Assembly: GCA_934096705.1 (NCBI GenBank)
Contig: CAKOMR010000007.1
Coordinates: 690-64,689, forward strand
Origin: an uncultured Bacilli bacterium
GTDB lineage: Bacteria; Bacillota_I; Bacilli_A; RF39; UBA660
Direction of reading: 5' to 3'
DNA length: 64,000 nucleotides
Made by a program: the position numbers and the translations under genes. The notes under the pieces are model-generated. The model saw only the letters and a program-made list of their open reading frames with translations. It was not told where the DNA came from and ran no database searches. This document shows, piece by piece, positions 17,815-28,007 of this stretch; position 1 is the stretch's first letter, and every line of letters starts with the position of its first letter.

Positions 17815-18585
17815 TTATTTTTTTTCAGAAATTAGTTTTGATAATGAATATACCTTTAAATCATGGTACTTTAGACTAATTAATAAGAGTTTAAAATTTG
17901 ATAAAGATAAATTATCGTCAATAAAAATTATATCTCCACTTGAAATATTTTCTTTTAAATAAATATTAGAATCATTAATATTATAAGTAGGTTTTACTAA
18001 ATAATAATTGTTGTTTAAACAATACTTATCTATATTACTTTCTACAATGCATATTTCTTTATTTAAATTATTATCTTTTAAAAGTTTATCTACTTTTTCA
18101 AAATTATTCCTATCATAGTCTATTTGTTCAAAGATTGACTTTTTAGAAAATGAATTGGTATCAACAAGTCTTGTTATATCAAGTTTATCTATGCTTTTTA
18201 AAACTTCATCATTGTTATAAACTAATATTGCTACTCCACCTTTAATATAATTTGCTTTATTTATAATATATTTTTTATTTTGTTCGAGAGACACTTCAGG
18301 AACTATTTCATTAAAAACAATTTTATCTTTTTGAAATAGATTTTCACTTTTCATATTATAATAACTTTCTAAAACATTTACTTTAAGACCATTTACTCCT
18401 GGGATAATATAATTATCAGTAATAACTGCATTTACATATTTTTTTTCATAACTACTTTTTTTATTATTGATTTCTTTCATTAAACTACTTTTATTAATTA
18501 CCAATGAAGATATTTTATCGGCATAATAAAAACTTGCCACTATTAAAATTAAAACTAATAAATAACTCAAAAAATTTTTCATCAT
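17815..18585 (-). CDS. Hypothetical membrane-anchored extracytoplasmic protein
   Basis: N-terminal TM LSYLLVLILIVASFYY followed by a soluble domain. I recognise no family confidently. Confidence 0.4.
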   Translation of the reverse strand: MMKNFLSYLLVLILIVASFYYADKISSLVINKSSLMKEINNKKSSYEKKYVNAVITDNYIIPGVNGLKVNVLESYYNMKSENLFQKDKIVFNEIVPEVSLEQNKKYIINKANYIKGGVAILVYNNDEVLKSIDKLDITRLVDTNSFSKKSIFEQIDYDRNNFEKVDKLLKDNNLNKEICIVESNIDKYCLNNNYYLVKPTYNINDSNIYLKENISSGDIIFIDDNLSLSNFKLLLISLKYHDLKVYSLSKLISEKK

Positions 18586-18652
18586 TAAAATATATGATAC
18601 AAAAATGGTTTTATTAAGAATAAAAAAAATTTAATTTAAAAAATAATTTAAA

Positions 18653-19006
18653 TTAAATTTTCTTTTTAATACGCGATATGCTTTTATGTGGATCTGTTAA
18701 AAGTGCTTCTTGTAAATCTTTATCTTTTCGAAGTTCATTAATAAAATCAACTTCTTCTTTAGAAAAGGATTGATATTTTTGCACACTTTCATCAGTATAT
18801 TCTACAATTACATCTGTACCAAGTAAATAATCTGCACTTACTCCAAGAGTATACATAAGTTCTATTAAAGTATCAATTTTTGGATTACGTTTTTCTTTTT
18901 CATACAAACTTATTGCAGATTTAGAAACACCTACAAGTTTGCCTAATTCAGATGAGCTTAAATTACATTTTTCTCTTGCCTCTTTTAATCTTTTTCCTAC
19001 TAACAT
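18653..19006 (-). CDS. XRE-family helix-turn-helix transcriptional regulator
   Basis: VGKRLKEAREKCNLSSSELGKLVGVSKSAISLYEKEKRNPKIDTLIELMYTLGVSADYLLG is a typical HTH_3 domain. Confidence 0.85.
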   Translation of the reverse strand: MLVGKRLKEAREKCNLSSSELGKLVGVSKSAISLYEKEKRNPKIDTLIELMYTLGVSADYLLGTDVIVEYTDESVQKYQSFSKEEVDFINELRKDKDLQEALLTDPHKSISRIKKKI

Positions 19007-19067
19007 AATTATATTACTTTCCTTTAATGGTTTAAGTATAAAACAAGGAAAATCAGTTTTGGGGCAA

Positions 19068-19084
19068 GTTAACCATAGGTAAAC
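19068..19084. promoter_or_regulatory. Imperfect palindrome GTTAACC-ATA-GGTAAAC upstream of the XRE gene (possible auto-operator)
   Basis: 6/7 matching half-sites about 60-80 nt upstream of the XRE start codon. Confidence 0.3.
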
Positions 19085-19129
19085 GTTTATAAATAAATTT
19101 TTAAAAATTTTACATATTTTTACACAATT

Positions 19130-19501
19130 TTATTGTTTGGTTTTCTTTTTTGAGGGTGCTTCTTTTATTTCTTCTTTAGTTTTTGCAGCTGAAGATAAAA
19201 ACGTAACTCTTTCTGCAACTACTTCAGTAACATACACTTTTTTATTTTCTTGATTTTCATAAGAGCTTGCTTGAAGTCTACCTTTAATACCAACGACATC
19301 TCCAACTTTGCAATATTCGCCTATTGCTCCAGCTATACCATTCCATAAAGTACACTTAATAAAATCTGTTTCATAGATTCCATCGGCATTTTTGTAATTA
19401 CGATTTACAGCTACAACAATATGCGTAACTTGCTTACCATTTTCAGTTTTAGTAACCTCAGGATTAAAGGTAAGTCTTCCAACTAAAACGACGCTGTTCA
19501 T
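19130..19501 (-). CDS. ssb: Single-stranded DNA-binding protein paralogue lacking the acidic C-terminal tip (SsbB-like)
   Basis: OB-fold MNSVVLVGRLTFNPEV...FIKCTLWNGIAG. The C-terminus ends ...EAPSKKKTKQ instead of DDD(I/L)PF. The gene is not in the rpsF-ssb-rpsR context. Confidence 0.8.
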   Translation of the reverse strand: MNSVVLVGRLTFNPEVTKTENGKQVTHIVVAVNRNYKNADGIYETDFIKCTLWNGIAGAIGEYCKVGDVVGIKGRLQASSYENQENKKVYVTEVVAERVTFLSSAAKTKEEIKEAPSKKKTKQ

Positions 19502-19652
19502 TTATCCTCCTTTCAAAAAGAATATAGCAAATAAAAATCAAAAAATAAAAAGTCTAAATTTCAAATTTTGTATTAAGAAATTTCAAGCTTTGAATTAAAA
19601 AATTATAATTATAAATTTAAAAAATTCTAAAAATTTAAATTTTATTAAAAAT

Positions 19653-19686
19653 AAAAAGAATAGTTATTTTACGTAAACTATTCTTT
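19653..19686 (-). terminator. Rho-independent terminator after sufB
   Basis: GAATAGTT/AACTATTC hairpin (19658..19683) followed by a U-run on the minus strand. It overlaps the stop codon. Confidence 0.55.
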
Positions 19687-20970
19687 AATTAATCTATTAA
19701 GTTCTACCGCATATTCCATTGGTAAACTTTTTTTGAAATCTGACATAAAACCTAAAACGTATAAATCTTTAGCAGCATCTTCACTTATACCTAAACTTTT
19801 TAAGTATAATAATTTTTCTTCATTTATTTTGGAAATAGTAGCTTCATGTTCTAAAGTACTACTATTATTTAAGACAATATTTTTAGGATATGTATTTGAA
19901 GACGACTTACTATCTAAGATAATATTATCACATTTAATAATAGCAAAAGAGTTCGTAGCATTTTCACCTATTTTAACAGTTCCTCTATAATCACTATGTC
20001 CTCCACCAGATGCAAGTGATTTACTAATAATTGTACTTTTAGTATTTTTTCCTAAATGAAACATTTTAGCACCAGCGTCAAGATGTTGCCCTTCTTTTGC
20101 ATATGCAATACTTATAGAACTAGCAGAAGAGTTGTCCCCTTTTAAAATGCAAGAAGGATATTTCATAGTAACTTTACTACCTATATTTCCATCAACCCAT
20201 TGCATAAACCCATTTTCTTCGACTATTGCTCTTTTAGTTACTAAATTATAAACATCTTTGCTCCAGTTTTGAATTGTAGAATATTTACATTTACTATTTT
20301 TGCCAACATATATTTCTACTACACCAGCATGAAGTGATGATGAAGAATAATTTTTTGCAGTGCACCCTTCAATATAATGAAGTGATGAATCATGGTCTAC
20401 AATAATTATAGTTCTTTCAAATTGGCCTAAATTTTTTGTATCAATTCTAAAATAACTTTGAAGTGGTCTATCAACATTAGTATAAGGTGGAATATATATA
20501 AACGAGCCTCCACTCCATAAAGCACTATTTAAAGCTGTGTATTTATTTTCATCATATTTTACTAAATTATTAAAATACTTTTCAAATAAATCAGGATATT
20601 TTTTTAATGCTTCATCTGTAGACAAAAATATAATTCCACTTTCATCTTTCATATTATGATACACAACTTCACTTTCATACTGATTAGAAACGCCTTTTAA
20701 ATATTTTTCTTCAGCATCTATTACACCTAAAGAAGAAAATGTATCTTTTACATTTTTATTTACATTATTCCACGAACAACTTGGGCTTTTAAATGAACCT
20801 TTATAATATGTAATATCATCAAAATTAATATTAATTTCAGGTCCAAAACTAGGATTTTCAAGTTCTAAAAATTTATGATATGCATTTAATCTAAATTCTT
20901 TCATCCAAATTGGTTCGTTTTTATTTTTAGATAAATTTATAATAAAATCTTCATTTAATTTATTTCCCAT
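19678..20970 (-). CDS. sufB: Fe-S cluster assembly protein SufB/SufD family
   Basis: EFRLNAYHKFLELENPSFGP N-terminus and the beta-helix core ...IIVDHDSSLHYIEGCTA..., with a C-terminal LGFMSDF... 430 aa. Confidence 0.85.
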   Translation of the reverse strand: MGNKLNEDFIINLSKNKNEPIWMKEFRLNAYHKFLELENPSFGPEININFDDITYYKGSFKSPSCSWNNVNKNVKDTFSSLGVIDAEEKYLKGVSNQYESEVVYHNMKDESGIIFLSTDEALKKYPDLFEKYFNNLVKYDENKYTALNSALWSGGSFIYIPPYTNVDRPLQSYFRIDTKNLGQFERTIIIVDHDSSLHYIEGCTAKNYSSSSLHAGVVEIYVGKNSKCKYSTIQNWSKDVYNLVTKRAIVEENGFMQWVDGNIGSKVTMKYPSCILKGDNSSASSISIAYAKEGQHLDAGAKMFHLGKNTKSTIISKSLASGGGHSDYRGTVKIGENATNSFAIIKCDNIILDSKSSSNTYPKNIVLNNSSTLEHEATISKINEEKLLYLKSLGISEDAAKDLYVLGFMSDFKKSLPMEYAVELNRLIKE

Positions 20971-21064
20971 ATAATGCCTTCGTAAATATAATACAATAAT
21001 ACCCCCTAAAAAAGCAATTGTATTTTAAATAAATGTTTGATAAAATTTAATTATAGTAGGAGAT

Positions 21065-21571
21065 ATGGCAATGAGTAGATATGACGAAGCTTATTTTGAA
21101 AACTTAGCTAATCAAGCAAATATTATGTATAAATATTTGTATTATAATAATCTTACTGACGATATGAAAAAATCAATAATAGATTATTTAGATACATATT
21201 TTTTACAATATAAAAAATATACAAATATGAATGTAAGAGATGAAAATCTTTCTAGAATTTTCAGCATTTTAGAAGGTCCTATAAACGAAGCAAATAATCA
21301 ATATAACTTATCATTAAACGATGGAAAACCCCACCCTGCCGTAGATATTATAAAACAAAAACTATCAGAATTTTTTATGCAAATGGATAAAGAAAATGCT
21401 AATGAAACTGGCTCTTTAGAAAAAGGATATACAAGAACGTTGAATCCTCCAGGAATAAGCGGAATAAAGTTATTTAATGATGAAAACGGATTTGCAAAAT
21501 CATTTGTTATAATACTTTCTACAATAATTCTTGGAATAATAATTGCAGTTTTAACAATTAAATTAAAATAA
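21065..21571 (+). CDS. Hypothetical tail-anchored membrane protein
   Basis: 168-aa ORF with a single C-terminal TM FVIILSTIILGIIIAVLTI. No recognised family. Confidence 0.45.
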   Translation: MAMSRYDEAYFENLANQANIMYKYLYYNNLTDDMKKSIIDYLDTYFLQYKKYTNMNVRDENLSRIFSILEGPINEANNQYNLSLNDGKPHPAVDIIKQKLSEFFMQMDKENANETGSLEKGYTRTLNPPGISGIKLFNDENGFAKSFVIILSTIILGIIIAVLTIKLK

Positions 21572-21590
21572 AAAGCCAATATTGGCTTTT

Positions 21591-23040
<1,450 letters not shown>

Positions 23041-23066
23041 TTATCTTATATTATTAAAATTGTATA

Positions 23067-24098
23067 CTATTTAATAAACATTGCATCCCCAAATGAAAAG
23101 AAACGATAATTATTTTCTATTGCATGTTTATATGCATTTAATACATTTTCTTTGCTTGAAAACGCGCTTACTAACATTACTAAAGTACTTTTTGGTAAAT
23201 GAAAATTTGTTATAAGACCATCAATAGCCAAAAATTTATATCCTGGATAAATAAATATATTTGTATTTTCATTGCAAGAAACAAATTTATGATATTTATT
23301 CATAATTGCCTCAAGTGTTCTTGTAGAGGTAGTTCCTACAGCATATATTTTTCTTCCCTCTTCTTTTGCTTTATTTAATTTATCTGCTACATCTTGAGTC
23401 ATAATAAAATGTTCACTATGCATATGATGTTTAGTAATATCTTCTTCATTAACAGGTCTAAATGTTCCAAGTCCAACATGTAACGTTACATATAATACTT
23501 CTACTCCCATATTTTTAATTTCTTCTAAAAGTTCTTTAGTAAAATGAAGACCTGCAGTCGGAGCTGCAGCACTTCCTAAATATTTTGCATAAACAGTTTG
23601 ATATCTAGTTTGATCTTTTAAACTTTCATGAATATAAGGTGGAAGTGGCATTAAACCAATTTTTTCGATTTGTTCAATAAAAATGCCCTCATAAGAAAAC
23701 TTAACATTTACTATGCCTTCCTCAAGTTTTTCTACTACGGTGCAGTAAAGAGTATCTGAAAAAGTTATTTTCGTGCCTACATTTAACCTTTTAAATGGTC
23801 TAGATAAACATTGCCATAAATCATCGCCTAAATCTTTTAATAAAAGAAGTTCTATATGGGCATTAGTTTCTTCTTTCTTACCAAATATTCTTGCAGGAAG
23901 AACTTTTGTATCATTTAAAACTAAAACATCTCCACTATGTAAATAAGAAGTTATATCTTTAAAAATTTTATCCTCAAGAGCACCAGTTTTTCTATCCATT
24001 ACAAGTAGTTTTGATTCACTACGATTTTTAATTGGAGTTTGCGCAATTAACTCTTCTGGTAAATTATAATCAAATTCATTTATATCCATTTTCGTCAC
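23067..24098 (-). CDS. queA: S-adenosylmethionine:tRNA ribosyltransferase-isomerase
   Basis: [30 protein letters not shown] and [10 protein letters not shown]. Confidence 0.97.
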   Translation of the reverse strand: MTKMDINEFDYNLPEELIAQTPIKNRSESKLLVMDRKTGALEDKIFKDITSYLHSGDVLVLNDTKVLPARIFGKKEETNAHIELLLLKDLGDDLWQCLSRPFKRLNVGTKITFSDTLYCTVVEKLEEGIVNVKFSYEGIFIEQIEKIGLMPLPPYIHESLKDQTRYQTVYAKYLGSAAAPTAGLHFTKELLEEIKNMGVEVLYVTLHVGLGTFRPVNEEDITKHHMHSEHFIMTQDVADKLNKAKEEGRKIYAVGTTSTRTLEAIMNKYHKFVSCNENTNIFIYPGYKFLAIDGLITNFHLPKSTLVMLVSAFSSKENVLNAYKHAIENNYRFFSFGDAMFIK

Positions 24099-24151
24099 CT
24101 AAAAGATATTATAAAGAGTTTTTACATTTTTGTCTATCAAAAAAGAATGGA

Positions 24152-27100
24152 TTATTTTCCATTCCTTTCAAGTTTAATACCAACTTTATAATCATTTAAA
24201 GTTAAATCTTTATCAATTGAATCTACAAAATTAATTTCCGTAGCCAAAGTTTCATTTTTAACATATTCTAAATTACCTTTTATAGACTGAGCAAACTCTT
24301 CATCAGCATTAACAGTAATCGTTATCCTATTTTCTATATCAAAGTTAAGTTCTTTTCTAATTGCTTGAACCTTTGATACAAATTCTCTGGCATTACCCTC
24401 TTTTTTAAGATCATCAGTAATAATAGCATTAAGTATAACAAACTTACCATTATCCATACCAATATCAAAGCCTTCTTTAGCGCTATATCTTATATCAATT
24501 AAATCTTTATTAATTATGTAATCATTGCCATCGATATTTAATGAAATTTCTTTATCATTAATTAATAAATCAATATCCTCTTTACTTAATTTTCCTAATA
24601 GTGATTGATATTCTTTCATATTTTTGCCAAATACTTTACCTGCTTCTTTGAAATTAGGTTTAATTTCAAAATTCATATAAGTATTTACATCTTGAATATA
24701 TTTTACTTCTTTGACATTTAATTCCTCTTTTATTAAAGAAGTAAGTAAACCAATAATATCTTTATATTTTCCATCAATTAATACCTCTGATAAAGGTTGA
24801 CGTACTTTAATTTTATTTTCTTCACGAACATATCTTCCGATAGAAATTAAATCTCTTACTAAATCCATTTTTTCTTCTAAAGGGTTATCAATAAATTTTT
24901 CATTGCAAACTGGATACTCTGCTAAATGAACAGAAGTTTCACCTGTTAAGTTTGTATAAATTTCTTCACTTACAAAAGGAGCAATTGGAGCTATTAGTTT
25001 GCATAATCCACTTAAAACTTCGTAAGTTGTTTTGTATACACTTTTTTTAGAATTATCAAGTTTGTTTCCCCAGAATCTATTACGATTACGTCTTATATAC
25101 CAGTTAGATAAATCATCTGAAACAAATGATGTAATATATCTTGTAACTTTATTTAAATCATATTCATCGAATGCATTTCTAACATTTTTCACTAAATTAT
25201 TATATTTAGAAAGTAACCATTTATCTATTTCTTCACGTAAAGAATATTCAATTTCACATTCACTAATATTAATATTATCTACATTTGCATACATCTGGAA
25301 GAATGAATAAGTATTTTTTAAAGGATTTACAAATTTTGAATAAACTTCCTTGACACCATCCTCATCGAATTTAAGCGGAGTCCATACTGGAGAAGCATAA
25401 AGCATATACCATCTTATAGAATCAGCACCATACTTTTCCATAATAGCTACAGGATCAATAATATTACCTGTAGATTTACTCATTTTTTTGCCATTCTTAT
25501 CAAGCATCATGTCATTTACAACAACATTTTTAAATGAAGATTTTCCACTTATTATTGTACTTATCACAAGAAGAACATAAAACCAACCACGAGTTTGATC
25601 GATGCCCTCTGCAATAAAATCTGCTGGAAAATGTTTATCAAACCACTCTTTATTTTCAAAAGGATAATGGCATTGTGCATAAGGCATTGATCCTGAATCA
25701 AACCAAACATCAGCTACATCACTTACTCTATGCATTGTACCACCACAAGAACACTTCATTGTAATATTATCTACATATGGTCTATGTAAATCTATATCTT
25801 CATATTTAAGCTTTTGGTCAGCTTTTTCAATTAATTCTTCACGAGAACCAATTACATCAAATTTACCACAATCATCGCATACCCAAAATGGAAGTGGACA
25901 ACCCCAGTACCTATTTCTAGAAATTCCCCAGTCTACCATATTATCAAGCCAGTTTCCAAATCTTTTTGTACCAACATACTGTGGATACCAATTAATTTTA
26001 TTATTCTCTTCAATTATTTTATCTTTATAATCAGTTGTTTTTACATACCATGCTGGTTTTGCAAAATAAATAAGTGGGCTTTTGCATCTCCAGCAATGAG
26101 GATAGTCGTGCTCGATTTTGATTTTTTTAAATAATTTATCATTTTCTTTTAACCATTTGATAATAGTAATTTCTAATTCTTTATCAGTAACTAAAGTACC
26201 TTTCCAAGGACCAACTGTATATTTACCTGCAAGGTCTACACTTTGAGTCCAACCAAAGCCATTTTCTTGGCAAACTCTATTATCATCTTCTCCATATGCT
26301 GGTGCAATGTGAACAATACCAGTTCCGTCAGTAGATGTTACATAGCTATCTGCAACTACTTCAAATGCTTTACCACCTTCAACAGTTGCAAACGGCATTA
26401 ATTGTTCATATTTAAGCCCTACTAAGTCAGTTCCTTTAAATGTTTCTAAAACTTTATAATCTTCACCTAAAACTTTATCTGCAAGGTCTTTACATAGTAT
26501 AAATTTATATCCCATAGACTGTGCTTTAATGTAGTCATAATCTGGATTAACACATGCAGCAACATTATCAAGAAGTGTCCATGGTGTTGTAGTCCAAACA
26601 AGTAAGTATTCATCTTTACCAACTAATTTAAATGGAACAATTACTGTATTAACTGGATCTAATTGATATCCTTGATCGACTTCAAACTTAGCAAGTTCTG
26701 TACCACATCTTGGACAATATGGAAGTATTTTATTACTATGATAAATAGCACCTTTTTTATGCATTTCTTTAAGTAAATACCATTCAGTTTCATGATAATC
26801 ATTTTCACAAGTAATATACGGATGCTCTTCATCAATAAATTGGCCCATCATATCAGTAACTTTTTTTACTTCACTAATATTTAAAGCTGTATTTTTCTTA
26901 CACTCTTCGATAAACTTTTCAATTCCCATTGCTTCAATGTCTTTTTTGCCATTAATGCCTAATTTCTTTTCAACATTATATTCAATAGGAAGTCCGTTAC
27001 AATCAAGTCCGATTTTTCTGTCAACTCTATATCCGTTCATAACATTATACTTACAAAAAGCATCTTTAATTGTTTTAGCAAATACATGATGAATTCCAGG

Positions 27101-27247
27101 TTTAGCATTAGCATATATTGGGCCATCATAAAATACAAAGTTCTTATCTCCCTTAGTAGTAAGAGATAAAATATCTTCTTTTTGCCAAGTATCTAATATA
27201 CTCTTTTCTACTTCATTAGTACTTCTTTCATCTAACTTTTTAAACAT
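24152..27247 (-). CDS. ileS: Isoleucine--tRNA ligase, long (type 2-like) form
   Basis: HIGH-region PGIHHVFAKT, KMSKS (GKKMSKSTGN) and the CP1 editing domain. About 1031 aa from MFKKLDERST, with RBS GGAGGG. The track's 20-codon extension would read through the T-box terminator. Confidence 0.95.
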   Translation of the reverse strand: MFKKLDERSTNEVEKSILDTWQKEDILSLTTKGDKNFVFYDGPIYANAKPGIHHVFAKTIKDAFCKYNVMNGYRVDRKIGLDCNGLPIEYNVEKKLGINGKKDIEAMGIEKFIEECKKNTALNISEVKKVTDMMGQFIDEEHPYITCENDYHETEWYLLKEMHKKGAIYHSNKILPYCPRCGTELAKFEVDQGYQLDPVNTVIVPFKLVGKDEYLLVWTTTPWTLLDNVAACVNPDYDYIKAQSMGYKFILCKDLADKVLGEDYKVLETFKGTDLVGLKYEQLMPFATVEGGKAFEVVADSYVTSTDGTGIVHIAPAYGEDDNRVCQENGFGWTQSVDLAGKYTVGPWKGTLVTDKELEITIIKWLKENDKLFKKIKIEHDYPHCWRCKSPLIYFAKPAWYVKTTDYKDKIIEENNKINWYPQYVGTKRFGNWLDNMVDWGISRNRYWGCPLPFWVCDDCGKFDVIGSREELIEKADQKLKYEDIDLHRPYVDNITMKCSCGGTMHRVSDVADVWFDSGSMPYAQCHYPFENKEWFDKHFPADFIAEGIDQTRGWFYVLLVISTIISGKSSFKNVVVNDMMLDKNGKKMSKSTGNIIDPVAIMEKYGADSIRWYMLYASPVWTPLKFDEDGVKEVYSKFVNPLKNTYSFFQMYANVDNINISECEIEYSLREEIDKWLLSKYNNLVKNVRNAFDEYDLNKVTRYITSFVSDDLSNWYIRRNRNRFWGNKLDNSKKSVYKTTYEVLSGLCKLIAPIAPFVSEEIYTNLTGETSVHLAEYPVCNEKFIDNPLEEKMDLVRDLISIGRYVREENKIKVRQPLSEVLIDGKYKDIIGLLTSLIKEELNVKEVKYIQDVNTYMNFEIKPNFKEAGKVFGKNMKEYQSLLGKLSKEDIDLLINDKEISLNIDGNDYIINKDLIDIRYSAKEGFDIGMDNGKFVILNAIITDDLKKEGNAREFVSKVQAIRKELNFDIENRITITVNADEEFAQSIKGNLEYVKNETLATEINFVDSIDKDLTLNDYKVGIKLERNGK

Positions 27248-27251
27248 TTTT

Positions 27252-27465
27252 CTTCCCTCCAATAAAAAAAGGTGCGTACCAAAAGGGTGCATATAGCACG
27301 GTACCACCTTTATATTTTACTTAATTATCCTTAATGCGGACTAGACAGTTTATCCTATTTACTTAGATAAACAACTCCCAAGTGATTCAAATTACTTTCT
27401 ATTATTAACTTTCACCTATCGTTAACTCTCTAAAAATATTAAAGTAATTTCGTCTTGTTCATAAT
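27252..27465 (-). promoter_or_regulatory. T-box riboswitch leader, probable Ile (AUC) specifier
   Basis: On the minus strand: AGAGAG...GGUGAAAG stem I elements. Specifier-loop context GAAAGUAAUUUGA-AUC-A. Conserved T-box AAGGUGGUACCGUG (27310..27297). Terminator AAAGGUGGUACC...GGUACGCACCUUUUUUU directly before the ileS RBS. Confidence 0.8.
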
Positions 27466-27484
27466 TTTTTAAAAATATATCTAA

Positions 27485-27513
27485 ATTATATGACCTTTGA
27501 GTTACATTGTCAA
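27485..27513 (-). promoter_or_regulatory. Consensus sigma-A promoter (TTGACA-17 nt-TATAAT) driving the ileS T-box leader
   Basis: On the minus strand, TTGACA at 27513..27508 (immediately after the nrdG stop) and TATAAT at 27490..27485. Confidence 0.65.
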
Positions 27514-28005
27514 TTATTCAATTATACATATTTCATTATTTTTTAAACTTTTTTGAACATCTATTACTCTTTGATTCGAAGATCCTTTCCATTTTAGTGT
27601 TGGATTTGCAAGATTTTCAACAAATCTTCCATCTACTAAAACATCAATGTATTTTAAAACTTCTTTATCTTTTAAATCTTTATCAAATAAATATCCACTC
27701 CATACCCAAATATTTTTATTTGGATATTTTTCTTTAAAAGCCCTAGCAAGTAAAGTCGTTCCCTCAATATTTTTTGGATGCATTGGCTCTCCACCTAAAA
27801 TGGATAGTCCAACAATGTAGTCTTTATCACTTAATTTTAATACTTTATTAATTGTATCTTCATTAAATTCTTCGCCAGCTTTAAAATCCCAAGTTTCAGG
27901 ATTAAAACAATTATTACAATGAAATTCACATCCTTGCATGAAAATTGAAACTCTTACACCAGGTCCATTAGAAATATCCATTTTTCTAATTTTATGATAT
28001 CTCAT
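27514..28005 (-). CDS. nrdG: Anaerobic ribonucleoside-triphosphate reductase activating protein (radical SAM)
   Basis: DISNGPGVRVSIFMQGCEFHCNNCFNPETW (CxxxCxxC cluster) and GLSILGGEP. Confidence 0.95.
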   Translation of the reverse strand: MRYHKIRKMDISNGPGVRVSIFMQGCEFHCNNCFNPETWDFKAGEEFNEDTINKVLKLSDKDYIVGLSILGGEPMHPKNIEGTTLLARAFKEKYPNKNIWVWSGYLFDKDLKDKEVLKYIDVLVDGRFVENLANPTLKWKGSSNQRVIDVQKSLKNNEICIIE

Positions 28006-28007
28006 AT

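Noticed and set aside
18653-19006. XRE regulator, considered as a SinR-like master regulator of the YAYF (TasA-like) cluster
   Set aside because: It shares only the generic HTH_3 domain, lies 2.6 kb away and is separated by rnj and another gene. There is no sequence evidence for a link.
27248-27307. 20-codon N-terminal extension of ileS in the track
   Set aside because: It would be translated from the T-box terminator sequence. A GGAGGG RBS precedes the ATG at 27247, where IleRS homology begins.
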